A stretch of DNA of 64,000 nt. Source: Candidatus Woesebacteria bacterium (GTDB taxonomy: Bacteria > Patescibacteriota > Microgenomatia > UBA12405). The notes under the pieces are model-generated. The model was not told the origin of the DNA. It saw only the letters and a list, made by a program, of their open reading frames with translations, and made no database searches. The DNA lies in the NCBI GenBank assembly GCA_035402805.1, contig DAONDY010000001.1:84098-148097 (forward strand), given 5' to 3'. The position numbers were made by a program, and so were the translations under genes. Positions 57,292-64,000 of the stretch are shown one piece after another. Position 1 is the stretch's first letter. Every line of letters begins with the position of its first letter.

Positions 57292-58118
57292 TGTCACTTT
57301 CTCAAAATTTTATTAAAGATCCTTTTGTTGTTAAAGAGCTTTTAAACGTCAGCTCTATAAATTCTAGTGATCTAGTTATCGAAATCGGTCCAGGTAGGGG
57401 AATCATTACTAAACAATTAATTTCAAGAGCTTCAGAAGTAATTGCCATTGAAAAAGATAATGAACTGTATCAGGGTCTTTTAGAAAAATTTAGTCAAGAA
57501 AACAATCTAAAACTTATTAATAAAGATTTTTTGTATTGGAATTTACCAGCCAGACCGTACAAAGTTTTTTCCAATATCCCATTTAACATTACTGCCGATA
57601 TTATTGACAAATTAATTAAATCAAAAAATAGACCAACTGAAATTTATTTTATTCTTCAAACCGAAGCCGCTCTAAAATATGTCGGTGATGAAATTGAAAC
57701 TCAAAGTTCGATTTTGTCTAAAGTCTTTTACGATATTGAGATTTTAGGTCAAATTGACAGAACTGCCTTTACGCCAAAACCCCAAATAAATATTAGTTTT
57801 ATAAAATTTATTCTGAAACCTGATGTTCAAATTGATTCTCAAATTTACCAATCATTTAGAGATTTTGTAATTTATGGCTTTAATCAATGGAAATCTAATA
57901 TTCAAGAAAGCTATAAAAAGATATTTTCTTTTAATCAATTTAAAAATATAAATAAAAATCTTAAAATAAATAATTTAAAACCTAGTCAACTCACTTTAAA
58001 CCAATGGGTAAAATTTTTTGAGATCTATCAAAAATTTGTTACACCGTTTAAAAAAGATTTAGTTGATGGTTTCGAAAAAAAATATTTAAGCAAAATCCGA
58101 TGTCCAAAAAAGTTTTAA
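57291..58118 (+). CDS. rRNA adenine N6-dimethyltransferase family protein with Erm-like C-terminal domain
   Basis: SQNFIKD, VIEIGPGRGIIT and NIPFNITADII motifs are present. The C-terminus (YKKIFSFNQFKN...LTLNQWVKFFEIY) resembles the ErmC block YKKIFTKNQFNN...FEQFLSLFNSY (recalled from memory). Confidence 0.7.
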   Translation: MSLSQNFIKDPFVVKELLNVSSINSSDLVIEIGPGRGIITKQLISRASEVIAIEKDNELYQGLLEKFSQENNLKLINKDFLYWNLPARPYKVFSNIPFNITADIIDKLIKSKNRPTEIYFILQTEAALKYVGDEIETQSSILSKVFYDIEILGQIDRTAFTPKPQINISFIKFILKPDVQIDSQIYQSFRDFVIYGFNQWKSNIQESYKKIFSFNQFKNINKNLKINNLKPSQLTLNQWVKFFEIYQKFVTPFKKDLVDGFEKKYLSKIRCPKKF

Positions 58119-59224
58119 TTATTTTTATTATTTTTAATTTATTCATTATTATTTTTTTTACGGTTTTTGCGTTCATAAAATATCGACAAGTTGTCGTTAA
58201 AGTAAATCAAAATCCTATTGCTAAAAATATTACACCAAGCCCTACTCCTACCTCTGATCCTAATAAACCATTTTCTATCGCTTTAATGGGATATGGTGGA
58301 GGTGTTCATGAAGGTGGTACTCTTACCGACTCTATTTTAGTAGCCCAAGTTGTTCCTTTAGAACAAAAAATTAAATTAATTTCCATTCCTCGTGACTTAT
58401 GGGTCCCAATTCCTATCGCCATAGGTACTACTAAAATGTCAAAAATTAACGCAGCTTATACTATTGGTCTTGATGATAAACATTATCCCGATAAAGAAAT
58501 TCAATTTACTGGTCCTGCTGGTGGTGGACAAATGTCAAAAACAGTTTTATCCCAAATTTTAGGAATTACTATAGATAACTTTATTACCTTAGATTTTGAT
58601 GGCTTCTTAAAAACAATAGACACTCTCGGTGGTATTGATGTTGATGTTCAAAAATCATTTGACGATCCTCTTTATCCAATCGAAGCTAATATAAATGACC
58701 CATGTGGTAAAACAGAGGAAGAAATAGCTGCTTTGACTGCCACTATGTCTGGTTCAAAACTAGAAGAACAATTTAGCTGTCGTTATGAGTCTCTTCATTT
58801 TAATAAGGGTTTACAGCACATGGATAGCTTAACTGCCCTAAAATTTGTTAGATCTCGACACTCAAAAGAAGACGGTGGAGATTTTAATCGTTCTGCCCGT
58901 CAAAAGTTGGTAATTGAAGCAGTTAAGAAAAAAATTATTTCTTTAAATTTTATTCCTAAGTTAATTCCTTTTATTAATTCCCTAGCTGGTAATTTAACTA
59001 CCGACATTAATTTGGAAAAAATGCAAAAGCTTATTTCAAAATCAAACGAGTTTCAAACTTATAAAATAGAATCTTTTCCTATTACTGATGTTAATCTTCT
59101 GACAAGCTCTACGAGTGTTGATAAGCAATTTATTTTAATCCCTAAAATTGGCGAAAATAATTGGACAAATATTCAAAAATTTATTTCTCAACCAACTGCC
59201 ACCAACTCTGCTAAATCAAATTAG
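58100..59224 (+). CDS. LytR-CpsA-Psr (LCP) family protein
   Basis: An N-terminal TM is followed by an LCP core (ALMGYGGGVHEGGTLTDSILVAQV...ISIPRDLWV). Confidence 0.8.
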   Translation: MSKKVLIIFIIFNLFIIIFFTVFAFIKYRQVVVKVNQNPIAKNITPSPTPTSDPNKPFSIALMGYGGGVHEGGTLTDSILVAQVVPLEQKIKLISIPRDLWVPIPIAIGTTKMSKINAAYTIGLDDKHYPDKEIQFTGPAGGGQMSKTVLSQILGITIDNFITLDFDGFLKTIDTLGGIDVDVQKSFDDPLYPIEANINDPCGKTEEEIAALTATMSGSKLEEQFSCRYESLHFNKGLQHMDSLTALKFVRSRHSKEDGGDFNRSARQKLVIEAVKKKIISLNFIPKLIPFINSLAGNLTTDINLEKMQKLISKSNEFQTYKIESFPITDVNLLTSSTSVDKQFILIPKIGENNWTNIQKFISQPTATNSAKSN

Positions 59225-59316
59225 CTTAACCCCTTTTTTTTTAAAAAAAAAGTTATATCCTTACTTCATACCAATTATTTTTTAATAATTTGTATTTCAT
59301 ATATAGTCTTCTGTAC

Positions 59317-59345
59317 ATTGACACCCAGAGAAGAGAGGTTTTTAA
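59317..59345 (+). promoter_or_regulatory. Sigma-70-like promoter (perfect TTGACA -35, 17-nt spacer, TTTAAA) in long non-coding region
   Basis: TTGACA at 59317-59322 and TTTAAA at 59340-59345. Confidence 0.4.
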
Positions 59346-59577
59346 ATCCTGCCGTTTCCATCGGAAGGAAGGTTCCCCTTTAATAATATTTTCTCCATAA
59401 TGTTTGGAGAGCGAATGTTATTAAAAAACCCAAAAAATTGAATATTTGCCTCGCAAACCGCAAAAGCGGAAATGTTTTCCTATTTAATAGGAAAATGGGA
59501 TTTACTTTGTTTTTAAAACAAAAATCCCAATGTTATTCAATCCACAAAAACCTCTCTTTCTCTTTCCCCCTGCTCCC

Positions 59578-59637
59578 GGGCTGGCGCCAAAAATAATCAT
59601 AAAAAAATTATTTGAAACGCCAGCCCTTAACTTTTCT
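59578..59637 (-). terminator. Long GC-clamped hairpin downstream of tRNA-Gln (minus strand)
   Basis: A 9-bp stem gggctggcg/cgccagccc encloses a partly self-complementary AT loop. Confidence 0.4.
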
Positions 59638-59656
59638 ATTAACCCTTATTTTTTTG

Positions 59657-59727
59657 TTGCTCCGTATGGATTCGAACCACAATTAATCGGTTCAGAGCCG
59701 ATTGTCCTACCATTAGACGACAGAGCA
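59657..59727 (-). tRNA. tRNA-Gln (anticodon CUG), CCA not encoded
   Basis: A 71-nt cloverleaf: acceptor UGCUCUG/CGGAGCA with U1-A72, anticodon stem ATCGG/CCGAT, loop CUCUGAA and T-loop TTCGAAT. Confidence 0.65.
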
Positions 59728-59920
59728 GTAAAGACCACCTATTATACGACAAATGTTATAATCTAATTAATGCAAACCATCGATCAACTTACTCAAGATC
59801 TAAAATTAACATCAGAACAATCAAAAGCCATTGAGATCTATATTAATGGACTTTTAATTGAACTTTTGGAAAGTATTAAACAAGACCATATCAAAAATTT
59901 TGAAGAAACTATTGATAATC

Positions 59921-60547
59921 TTAAAAATAACGTCTAGATTCTTTTTCGATTATTGTCTCTTCCCCATGTCCTGGTAAAACTTTTGTGTTTTTTGGTAATT
60001 TCATTAATTTTTTCAAACTTTTAAATATTTCTTCAGTTGATCCATAACTAAAATCAGTTCTGCCTCTCATTCCTAAAAATAAAGTGTCGCCAGAAAAAAG
60101 TAAATTATTCTTTTTAGAATAAAAACAAACACTACCTGGAGTGTGTCCAGGAGTTTTAATTATTTCTATTTTTTCCTTACCTAAGGTAAATTCTTTTATT
60201 TTACCCAAATCAATGTCTATTTTTATAAAGTTTGGCACTTGAATTTCTTTTTTTAAAAAATGTCTAGCGGTTTCATCTTGTCGATCCAAAATAAATTTAT
60301 CTTTACTATTACAGCCAAAATCAACGTTGTAAATCAGTTTTAAATCGAGTGCTCCTAATGAATGGTCAAAATGGCCATGAGTTAAAAAAATATATTTTAC
60401 TTTTATATCTTTAATATTTATTTCTTCACTAATACTGACTCCATCATCAGCTGGATCAATTACTAAACACTCTTTAGTTTCTTCATCCCAAACTAAATAA
60501 CAGTTTGTTTGTAGTTCACCTATTACTATTTTTTCAAAGCTAAGCAT
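59921..60547 (-). CDS. MBL-fold metallo-hydrolase (glyoxalase II-like)
   Basis: The HxHxDH motif (LTHGHFDHSLG) and downstream H/D ligands are present. Confidence 0.8.
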   Translation of the reverse strand: MLSFEKIVIGELQTNCYLVWDEETKECLVIDPADDGVSISEEINIKDIKVKYIFLTHGHFDHSLGALDLKLIYNVDFGCNSKDKFILDRQDETARHFLKKEIQVPNFIKIDIDLGKIKEFTLGKEKIEIIKTPGHTPGSVCFYSKKNNLLFSGDTLFLGMRGRTDFSYGSTEEIFKSLKKLMKLPKNTKVLPGHGEETIIEKESRRYF

Positions 60548-60580
60548 AAAACTATTTTACCAGGTATAATATAAGCATCT

Positions 60581-61264
60581 ATGTCATCATCAAAGCCTGT
60601 CTCAAAACGCCTATTTATAGGCAGTTTGCCTTACAAGTTTACTGAAGGCGAACTCCTTTCTCTTTTTGTGGCCGAAGGCAAAATTATCTCAGTTCGTATC
60701 ATGCATAATCAGTGGGGTAAAAGTCGTGGCTTAGGTTTTATTGAGTTTGAAAATCTTGATGATGCTATTCGGGCCAAAGAAAAATATCATAATTACATCA
60801 TTGGTGACAGAACCATAATTGTTGATTATGCCCAAGCTGATCCTTTTTTAACAAAAGAAGGCCAAGCTCGCCACGAAGAGGCCCTAAAAAATCATCCTAA
60901 CCGACGTCAACGACCAAATTTTTTGCCTCATCCAGATTCTGACACTAATGAATATCAGCAAAAAAGAAGCTACTTTGATCAAAATTTCACCACGGAAAAT
61001 AAAAAAAATAAAGAATATAAGGGTGGTAAACCAGTCTTTAATTCTGTTGGTAAATCTTTAAACAGAAACACTACCGGTGAATATATTCCTAAATTTTTTC
61101 CAGAATTAAATCCCAATAAAAGGAAATGGAGACCAGCTCCAGGTCAGAAACCAGAGTATAAATCCAGTTCTCCACTCCATGTCCGATCTTCAGTTTTTAA
61201 GTCACGTAATTTTGGATCAAAAGTTGGAGCTAAGTTTGCCTTTAAATCAAAAAAAAATAAATAA
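60581..61264 (+). CDS. RRM-domain RNA-binding protein with basic C-terminal extension
   Basis: RNP-2 (LFIGSLPY) and RNP-1 (RGLGFIEF) motifs are present. Confidence 0.8.
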   Translation: MSSSKPVSKRLFIGSLPYKFTEGELLSLFVAEGKIISVRIMHNQWGKSRGLGFIEFENLDDAIRAKEKYHNYIIGDRTIIVDYAQADPFLTKEGQARHEEALKNHPNRRQRPNFLPHPDSDTNEYQQKRSYFDQNFTTENKKNKEYKGGKPVFNSVGKSLNRNTTGEYIPKFFPELNPNKRKWRPAPGQKPEYKSSSPLHVRSSVFKSRNFGSKVGAKFAFKSKKNK

Positions 61265-61281
61265 TTTAAAAATCGGAAATT

Positions 61282-62337
61282 ATGCCAAATTTTACTATTG
61301 CTCTTTCTCCGATGGATGGTATTACCGACGAAGCTTTTCGTCTTCTTCAGACTAAAATTATCAAGCCTGATTTAATGTTTACTGAATTTGTCAGCGCTGA
61401 AGGCATTAGTCATGGTGGGGTTAAGCTTTATGACACTCTTCTGTTTTCAAATCAAGAACGCCCAATTGTTGGTCAATTATTTGGCAAAGATCCCGACAGT
61501 TTTTATAAATCAGCCATAATTTTATGTGAGTTAGGTTTTGATGGTATTGATATTAATATGGGTTGCCCTGCTAAAACTGTTACTCAAAACGGGAGCGGAG
61601 CTGCTTTAATTGATAAACCAGATTTAGCCGTTGAAATCATAAAAAAGACCAAGCAGGGAATTAATGATTGGTTTTCTTATAAAACCAAAATTTCTGATTT
61701 AAATCTTAATCAAAAAACTTTAGAAGTAATTAAACGTAATCAAAAATATTCAGGATTAAAGATTTCTCCCTTTGTTAAGGGGAGATGTCCCGAAGGGACA
61801 GAGAGGATTCATCCGACCCTATCTGTAAAAACTCGTCTCGGTATCGACAAATCAATAATAGAAACTTGGGCTGATCTTTTATTAACTCAAGAATTAGATT
61901 TTATAACTATCCATGGTCGCACTTTAAAACAAGCTTATGCCGGTACCGCTGATTGGTCTGAAATTAAAAAAGTGGTTGATTTAGCTAAAGGTACTAAAAC
62001 TAAAATTTTTGGTAATGGCGATGTTAGATCAATATCTGAAGGTTTAAAATTTTGTGAAAAATATGGTGTTAATGGTGTTTTAATTGGTCGAGCTGCCTGT
62101 GGTAATCCCTGGTGTTTTCAAGATCACGTCGCTACCCCAGAAGAAAGATTCTCCGCCATGCTTCTTCACGCCCAAATTTTTAAAGAAGTTTTTCCTTATC
62201 GTCGTTTTGACAGTCTTCGTAAAAACTTTTTGTTTTATGCCTCTGGTTTGGTCAATGCCAAACAATTGAGATCAAAGTTAGTTCACCTAAATTCAATTGA
62301 AGACCTTTTGCAACTTGAAGGAGAGTTTTTATCTTGA
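61282..62337 (+). CDS. tRNA-dihydrouridine synthase
   Basis: It has a TIM-barrel Dus N-terminus (ALSPMDGITDEAFR, GCP). It ends with a TGA stop. Confidence 0.8.
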   Translation: MPNFTIALSPMDGITDEAFRLLQTKIIKPDLMFTEFVSAEGISHGGVKLYDTLLFSNQERPIVGQLFGKDPDSFYKSAIILCELGFDGIDINMGCPAKTVTQNGSGAALIDKPDLAVEIIKKTKQGINDWFSYKTKISDLNLNQKTLEVIKRNQKYSGLKISPFVKGRCPEGTERIHPTLSVKTRLGIDKSIIETWADLLLTQELDFITIHGRTLKQAYAGTADWSEIKKVVDLAKGTKTKIFGNGDVRSISEGLKFCEKYGVNGVLIGRAACGNPWCFQDHVATPEERFSAMLLHAQIFKEVFPYRRFDSLRKNFLFYASGLVNAKQLRSKLVHLNSIEDLLQLEGEFLS

Positions 62338-62762
62338 TAAAGTTAAACGGTATGCCAAACGAAAATCAAAACCCAAACCAAGTCGCTAATTTATTAAATA
62401 TCGAATCTCTCATCAATTCCTCAACTGCCAGATTTGAAACTCTCCAAAAAGAATATCAGGAACAAAAATCACAACTCGATTCAATTTTAGATAGTGATGT
62501 CGAATATCAGGAAGTTGCTCAGGAAGCTCAAAAACAAGCTAAATTAAAAACTATCGCCAAACAAAAAGTTTTAACTCGTCCAGAATGCACCCAATTAGTT
62601 GAAAAAATAAAAGATTCCCAAATTCAGATTAAAGAATTAAAAACTGCCATGTCTGATTATTTAGCCCAATTTGTCATCCTTTCTGGTACTAACCAAATTG
62701 AAGGACCAGATGGTGTTCTTCGTCAAATAATCTATACCGCCAAATTAGTTAAAACCAAATAG
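62334..62762 (+). CDS. Hypothetical coiled-coil protein
   Basis: It is 142 aa, Q/E/K-rich with heptad character; I recognise no motif. Confidence 0.4.
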   Translation: MIKLNGMPNENQNPNQVANLLNIESLINSSTARFETLQKEYQEQKSQLDSILDSDVEYQEVAQEAQKQAKLKTIAKQKVLTRPECTQLVEKIKDSQIQIKELKTAMSDYLAQFVILSGTNQIEGPDGVLRQIIYTAKLVKTK

Positions 62763-62777
62763 GTTATAATCAAAACT

Positions 62778-63077
62778 ATGACCAACATAACTAAAGAAAA
62801 TTTTAAAACCGAAGTTTTAGATTCTGAAGGTAAAGTTTTAGTTGATTTTTGGGCTCCATGGTGTGGACCTTGTCAAATGCTTACTCCAATTATGGAAGAA
62901 TTATCTTCCGAATTTAGAGTCGTTAAAGTTAATACCGATGAAGAACAAGAGTTAGCTGTTCAATACAACGTTTCCGCCTTGCCGACAGTCATCGTTTTTG
63001 ACAAAGGTCAAATCGTCGATACTATCATTGGTTTCAGACAGAAAGAAGATTATATTAAAGCCTTAAATAAGGCATAA
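62778..63077 (+). CDS. trxA: Thioredoxin
   Basis: The WAPWCGPCQ active site is present. Confidence 0.92.
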   Translation: MTNITKENFKTEVLDSEGKVLVDFWAPWCGPCQMLTPIMEELSSEFRVVKVNTDEEQELAVQYNVSALPTVIVFDKGQIVDTIIGFRQKEDYIKALNKA

Positions 63078-63080
63078 TAA

Positions 63081-64000
63081 ATGGATTTATCTCTTCTTAA
63101 AAAAACATTAGATTCACTCCATCTTCCTTCTTTCCGCTATCGTCAAATAGTTAAAAACTATTATTCAGGGCGTTTTTTGAATTTTAACCAAATGACGGAT
63201 TTACCTCTACCTCTTCGTCAAAAACTTGCCGAAACTTTGCCTCTTTTATCTGTCTCTGAAAAAGCCATAGTTAATAATGATTCAACTCAAAAAGCTTTAT
63301 TAGAGTTATCTGATGGTCAAAAAATCGAATCAGTTTTTATGGATTATGAGGATTGGTTGACTGCTTGTGTTTCCAGTCAGGTTGGTTGTCCTTTAAATTG
63401 CAGTTTTTGTGCCACTGGTAAAATGGGTTTTAAAAGAAATTTAACACCACAAGAAATAGTTGATCAAATTTTATATTGGAATCAAAAACTTTATCCCAAA
63501 TATATTGGTCGGGTTGTTTTTATGGGCATGGGTGAACCATTTTTAAATTGGGATAATGTGATTACAGCCATCAATATTATTAATTCTAAAGATGGATTAA
63601 ATATTGGTGTTCGAAAAATTAGTATTTCTACTGCCGGAGTAGTGGATAAAATTAAGGAATTTACTAATCTTAATACTCAAATCAATTTGGCCATTTCTCT
63701 CCATTCTGCCGACCAAAAGTTTAGGGAAACTATTATGCCAATTGCTAAAAAATATTCTTTATCCGAACTTAAAAATGCTTGTAATTATTATGTTGGTAAA
63801 ACTAATCGTCAATTATTTTTTGAATATGCCTTAATGGATAAAAATACCAGTCCAAAAGATGCCCAAGATTTGGCAAATTTTATTCATTCCAATAGACTTT
63901 TTTTTCTAAATTTAATTCCTTTAAATAAAGTTGACGGTGGAATGACGCCGGCTGCTAAAGACCAACAAAAAATTTTTATGAACTATTTATCTCAACTAGG
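63081..64000 (+). CDS. rlmN: 23S rRNA/tRNA adenine-C2 methyltransferase RlmN (radical SAM), 3'-truncated by window end
   Basis: The CPLNCSFCATG radical-SAM cluster and the GMGEP block are present. This ORF is not in the ORF track. Confidence 0.8.
   Translation, partial: MDLSLLKKTLDSLHLPSFRYRQIVKNYYSGRFLNFNQMTDLPLPLRQKLAETLPLLSVSEKAIVNNDSTQKALLELSDGQKIESVFMDYEDWLTACVSSQVGCPLNCSFCATGKMGFKRNLTPQEIVDQILYWNQKLYPKYIGRVVFMGMGEPFLNWDNVITAINIINSKDGLNIGVRKISISTAGVVDKIKEFTNLNTQINLAISLHSADQKFRETIMPIAKKYSLSELKNACNYYVGKTNRQLFFEYALMDKNTSPKDAQDLANFIHSNRLFFLNLIPLNKVDGGMTPAAKDQQKIFMNYLSQL

Noticed and set aside
59340-59460. Calling SRP RNA (ffs) as a feature
   Set aside because: Only the 10-nt tetraloop-proximal core matches. 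I could not fold convincing helix 5 and 8 flanks by hand, so it is kept as a hypothesis in the findings rather than an annotated gene.
59530-59766. A 78-aa plus-strand ORF
   Set aside because: It overlaps the tRNA-Gln gene and the GC hairpin, and has a Pro/Leu-rich low-complexity translation. It is spurious.
59770-59937. A 55-aa ORF (MQTIDQLTQDLKLTSEQSKAIEIYINGLLIELLESIKQDHIKNFEETIDNLKNNV)
   Set aside because: It has no Shine-Dalgarno sequence, overlaps the 3' end of the convergent MBL hydrolase gene by 17 nt, and has no recognisable motif. It is possibly real (helical mini-protein), but the evidence is insufficient to list it.
1-64000. An alternative genetic code (UGA or UAG recoding, as in some CPR lineages) as an explanation for the in-frame TAG at ~973
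   Set aside because: Confidently identified genes end in all three stop codons. TGA ends adk, recJ and dus. TAG ends rplP and ychF. TAA ends most others. With no read-through extensions of conserved proteins, the standard code 11 applies.
1-64000. Mobile elements, prophage or integron content
   Set aside because: No transposase, integrase, recombinase or reverse-transcriptase-like ORF is present, and there are no terminal inverted repeats. The only HGT-like signal is the compositional islet at 690-1540, plus the orphan two-gene insert between fusA and tuf.

Overview
This is a low-GC (~33%), gene-dense bacterial chromosome segment with standard genetic code; TAA, TAG and TGA are all used as stops. 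Gene content and order look like a Candidate Phyla Radiation (Patescibacteria)-type genome. Ribosomal protein L30 is absent between rpsE and rplO, map is absent between adk and infA, the RNase P RNA is very short, and the tRNA genes do not encode CCA.

The identifiable content, in order:
- rmlBCD, followed by an HExxH-motif protein, and a convergent FAD-dependent oxidoreductase.
- fusA, then a 1.2-kb insertion carrying two orphan ORFs, then tuf.
- A nearly complete S10-spc-alpha ribosomal protein supercluster running rpsJ to rplQ (including secY, adk, infA, rpmJ and rpoA), then rplM-rpsI.
- uppP, a convergent OB-fold/PolB-like 3'-5' exonuclease, ppa, tRNA-Pro(GGG), recA-recX, rny, hup and ychF.
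- A small atypical kinase-like gene, miaA, and an AI-2E family transporter.
- rnpB on the minus strand, with a 58-aa Sul7d-like small basic protein gene immediately upstream of it.
- A DUF4446-DUF3048-wHTH-AbrB-secD-secF operon.
- cca, an RRM-domain protein, recJ, aspS, a DacA-like carboxypeptidase, a membrane-anchored protein of unknown function, and gltX.
- A cell-surface island: a Pro/Thr-repeat surface protein, a VanZ-like protein, two SipW-cognate (TasA-like) secreted proteins flanking a SipW-type signal peptidase, a CAP-domain protein and a small membrane protein.
- trmD, a GT2-GtrA glycosyltransferase fusion, rmlA, a triple zinc-ribbon protein, an Erm-like rRNA adenine methyltransferase and an LCP protein.
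- A structured non-coding region, tRNA-Gln(CUG), an MBL-fold hydrolase, a second RRM protein, a tRNA-dihydrouridine synthase, trxA and a partial rlmN.

No transposase, integrase, reverse transcriptase or CRISPR array is visible.

Candidates I consider most worth follow-up:
- A GC-rich foreign islet (~690-1540) carrying an amber-interrupted NUDIX-like gene.
- The two-ORF insertion between fusA and tuf, with its own promoter, structured leader and terminators.
- The Sul7d-like mini-protein next to rnpB.
- The SipW/TasA-like surface module.
- The Erm-like methyltransferase downstream of the triple zinc-ribbon protein.
- A promoter-driven structured non-coding locus carrying an SRP domain-IV-like CGGAAGGAAG motif.
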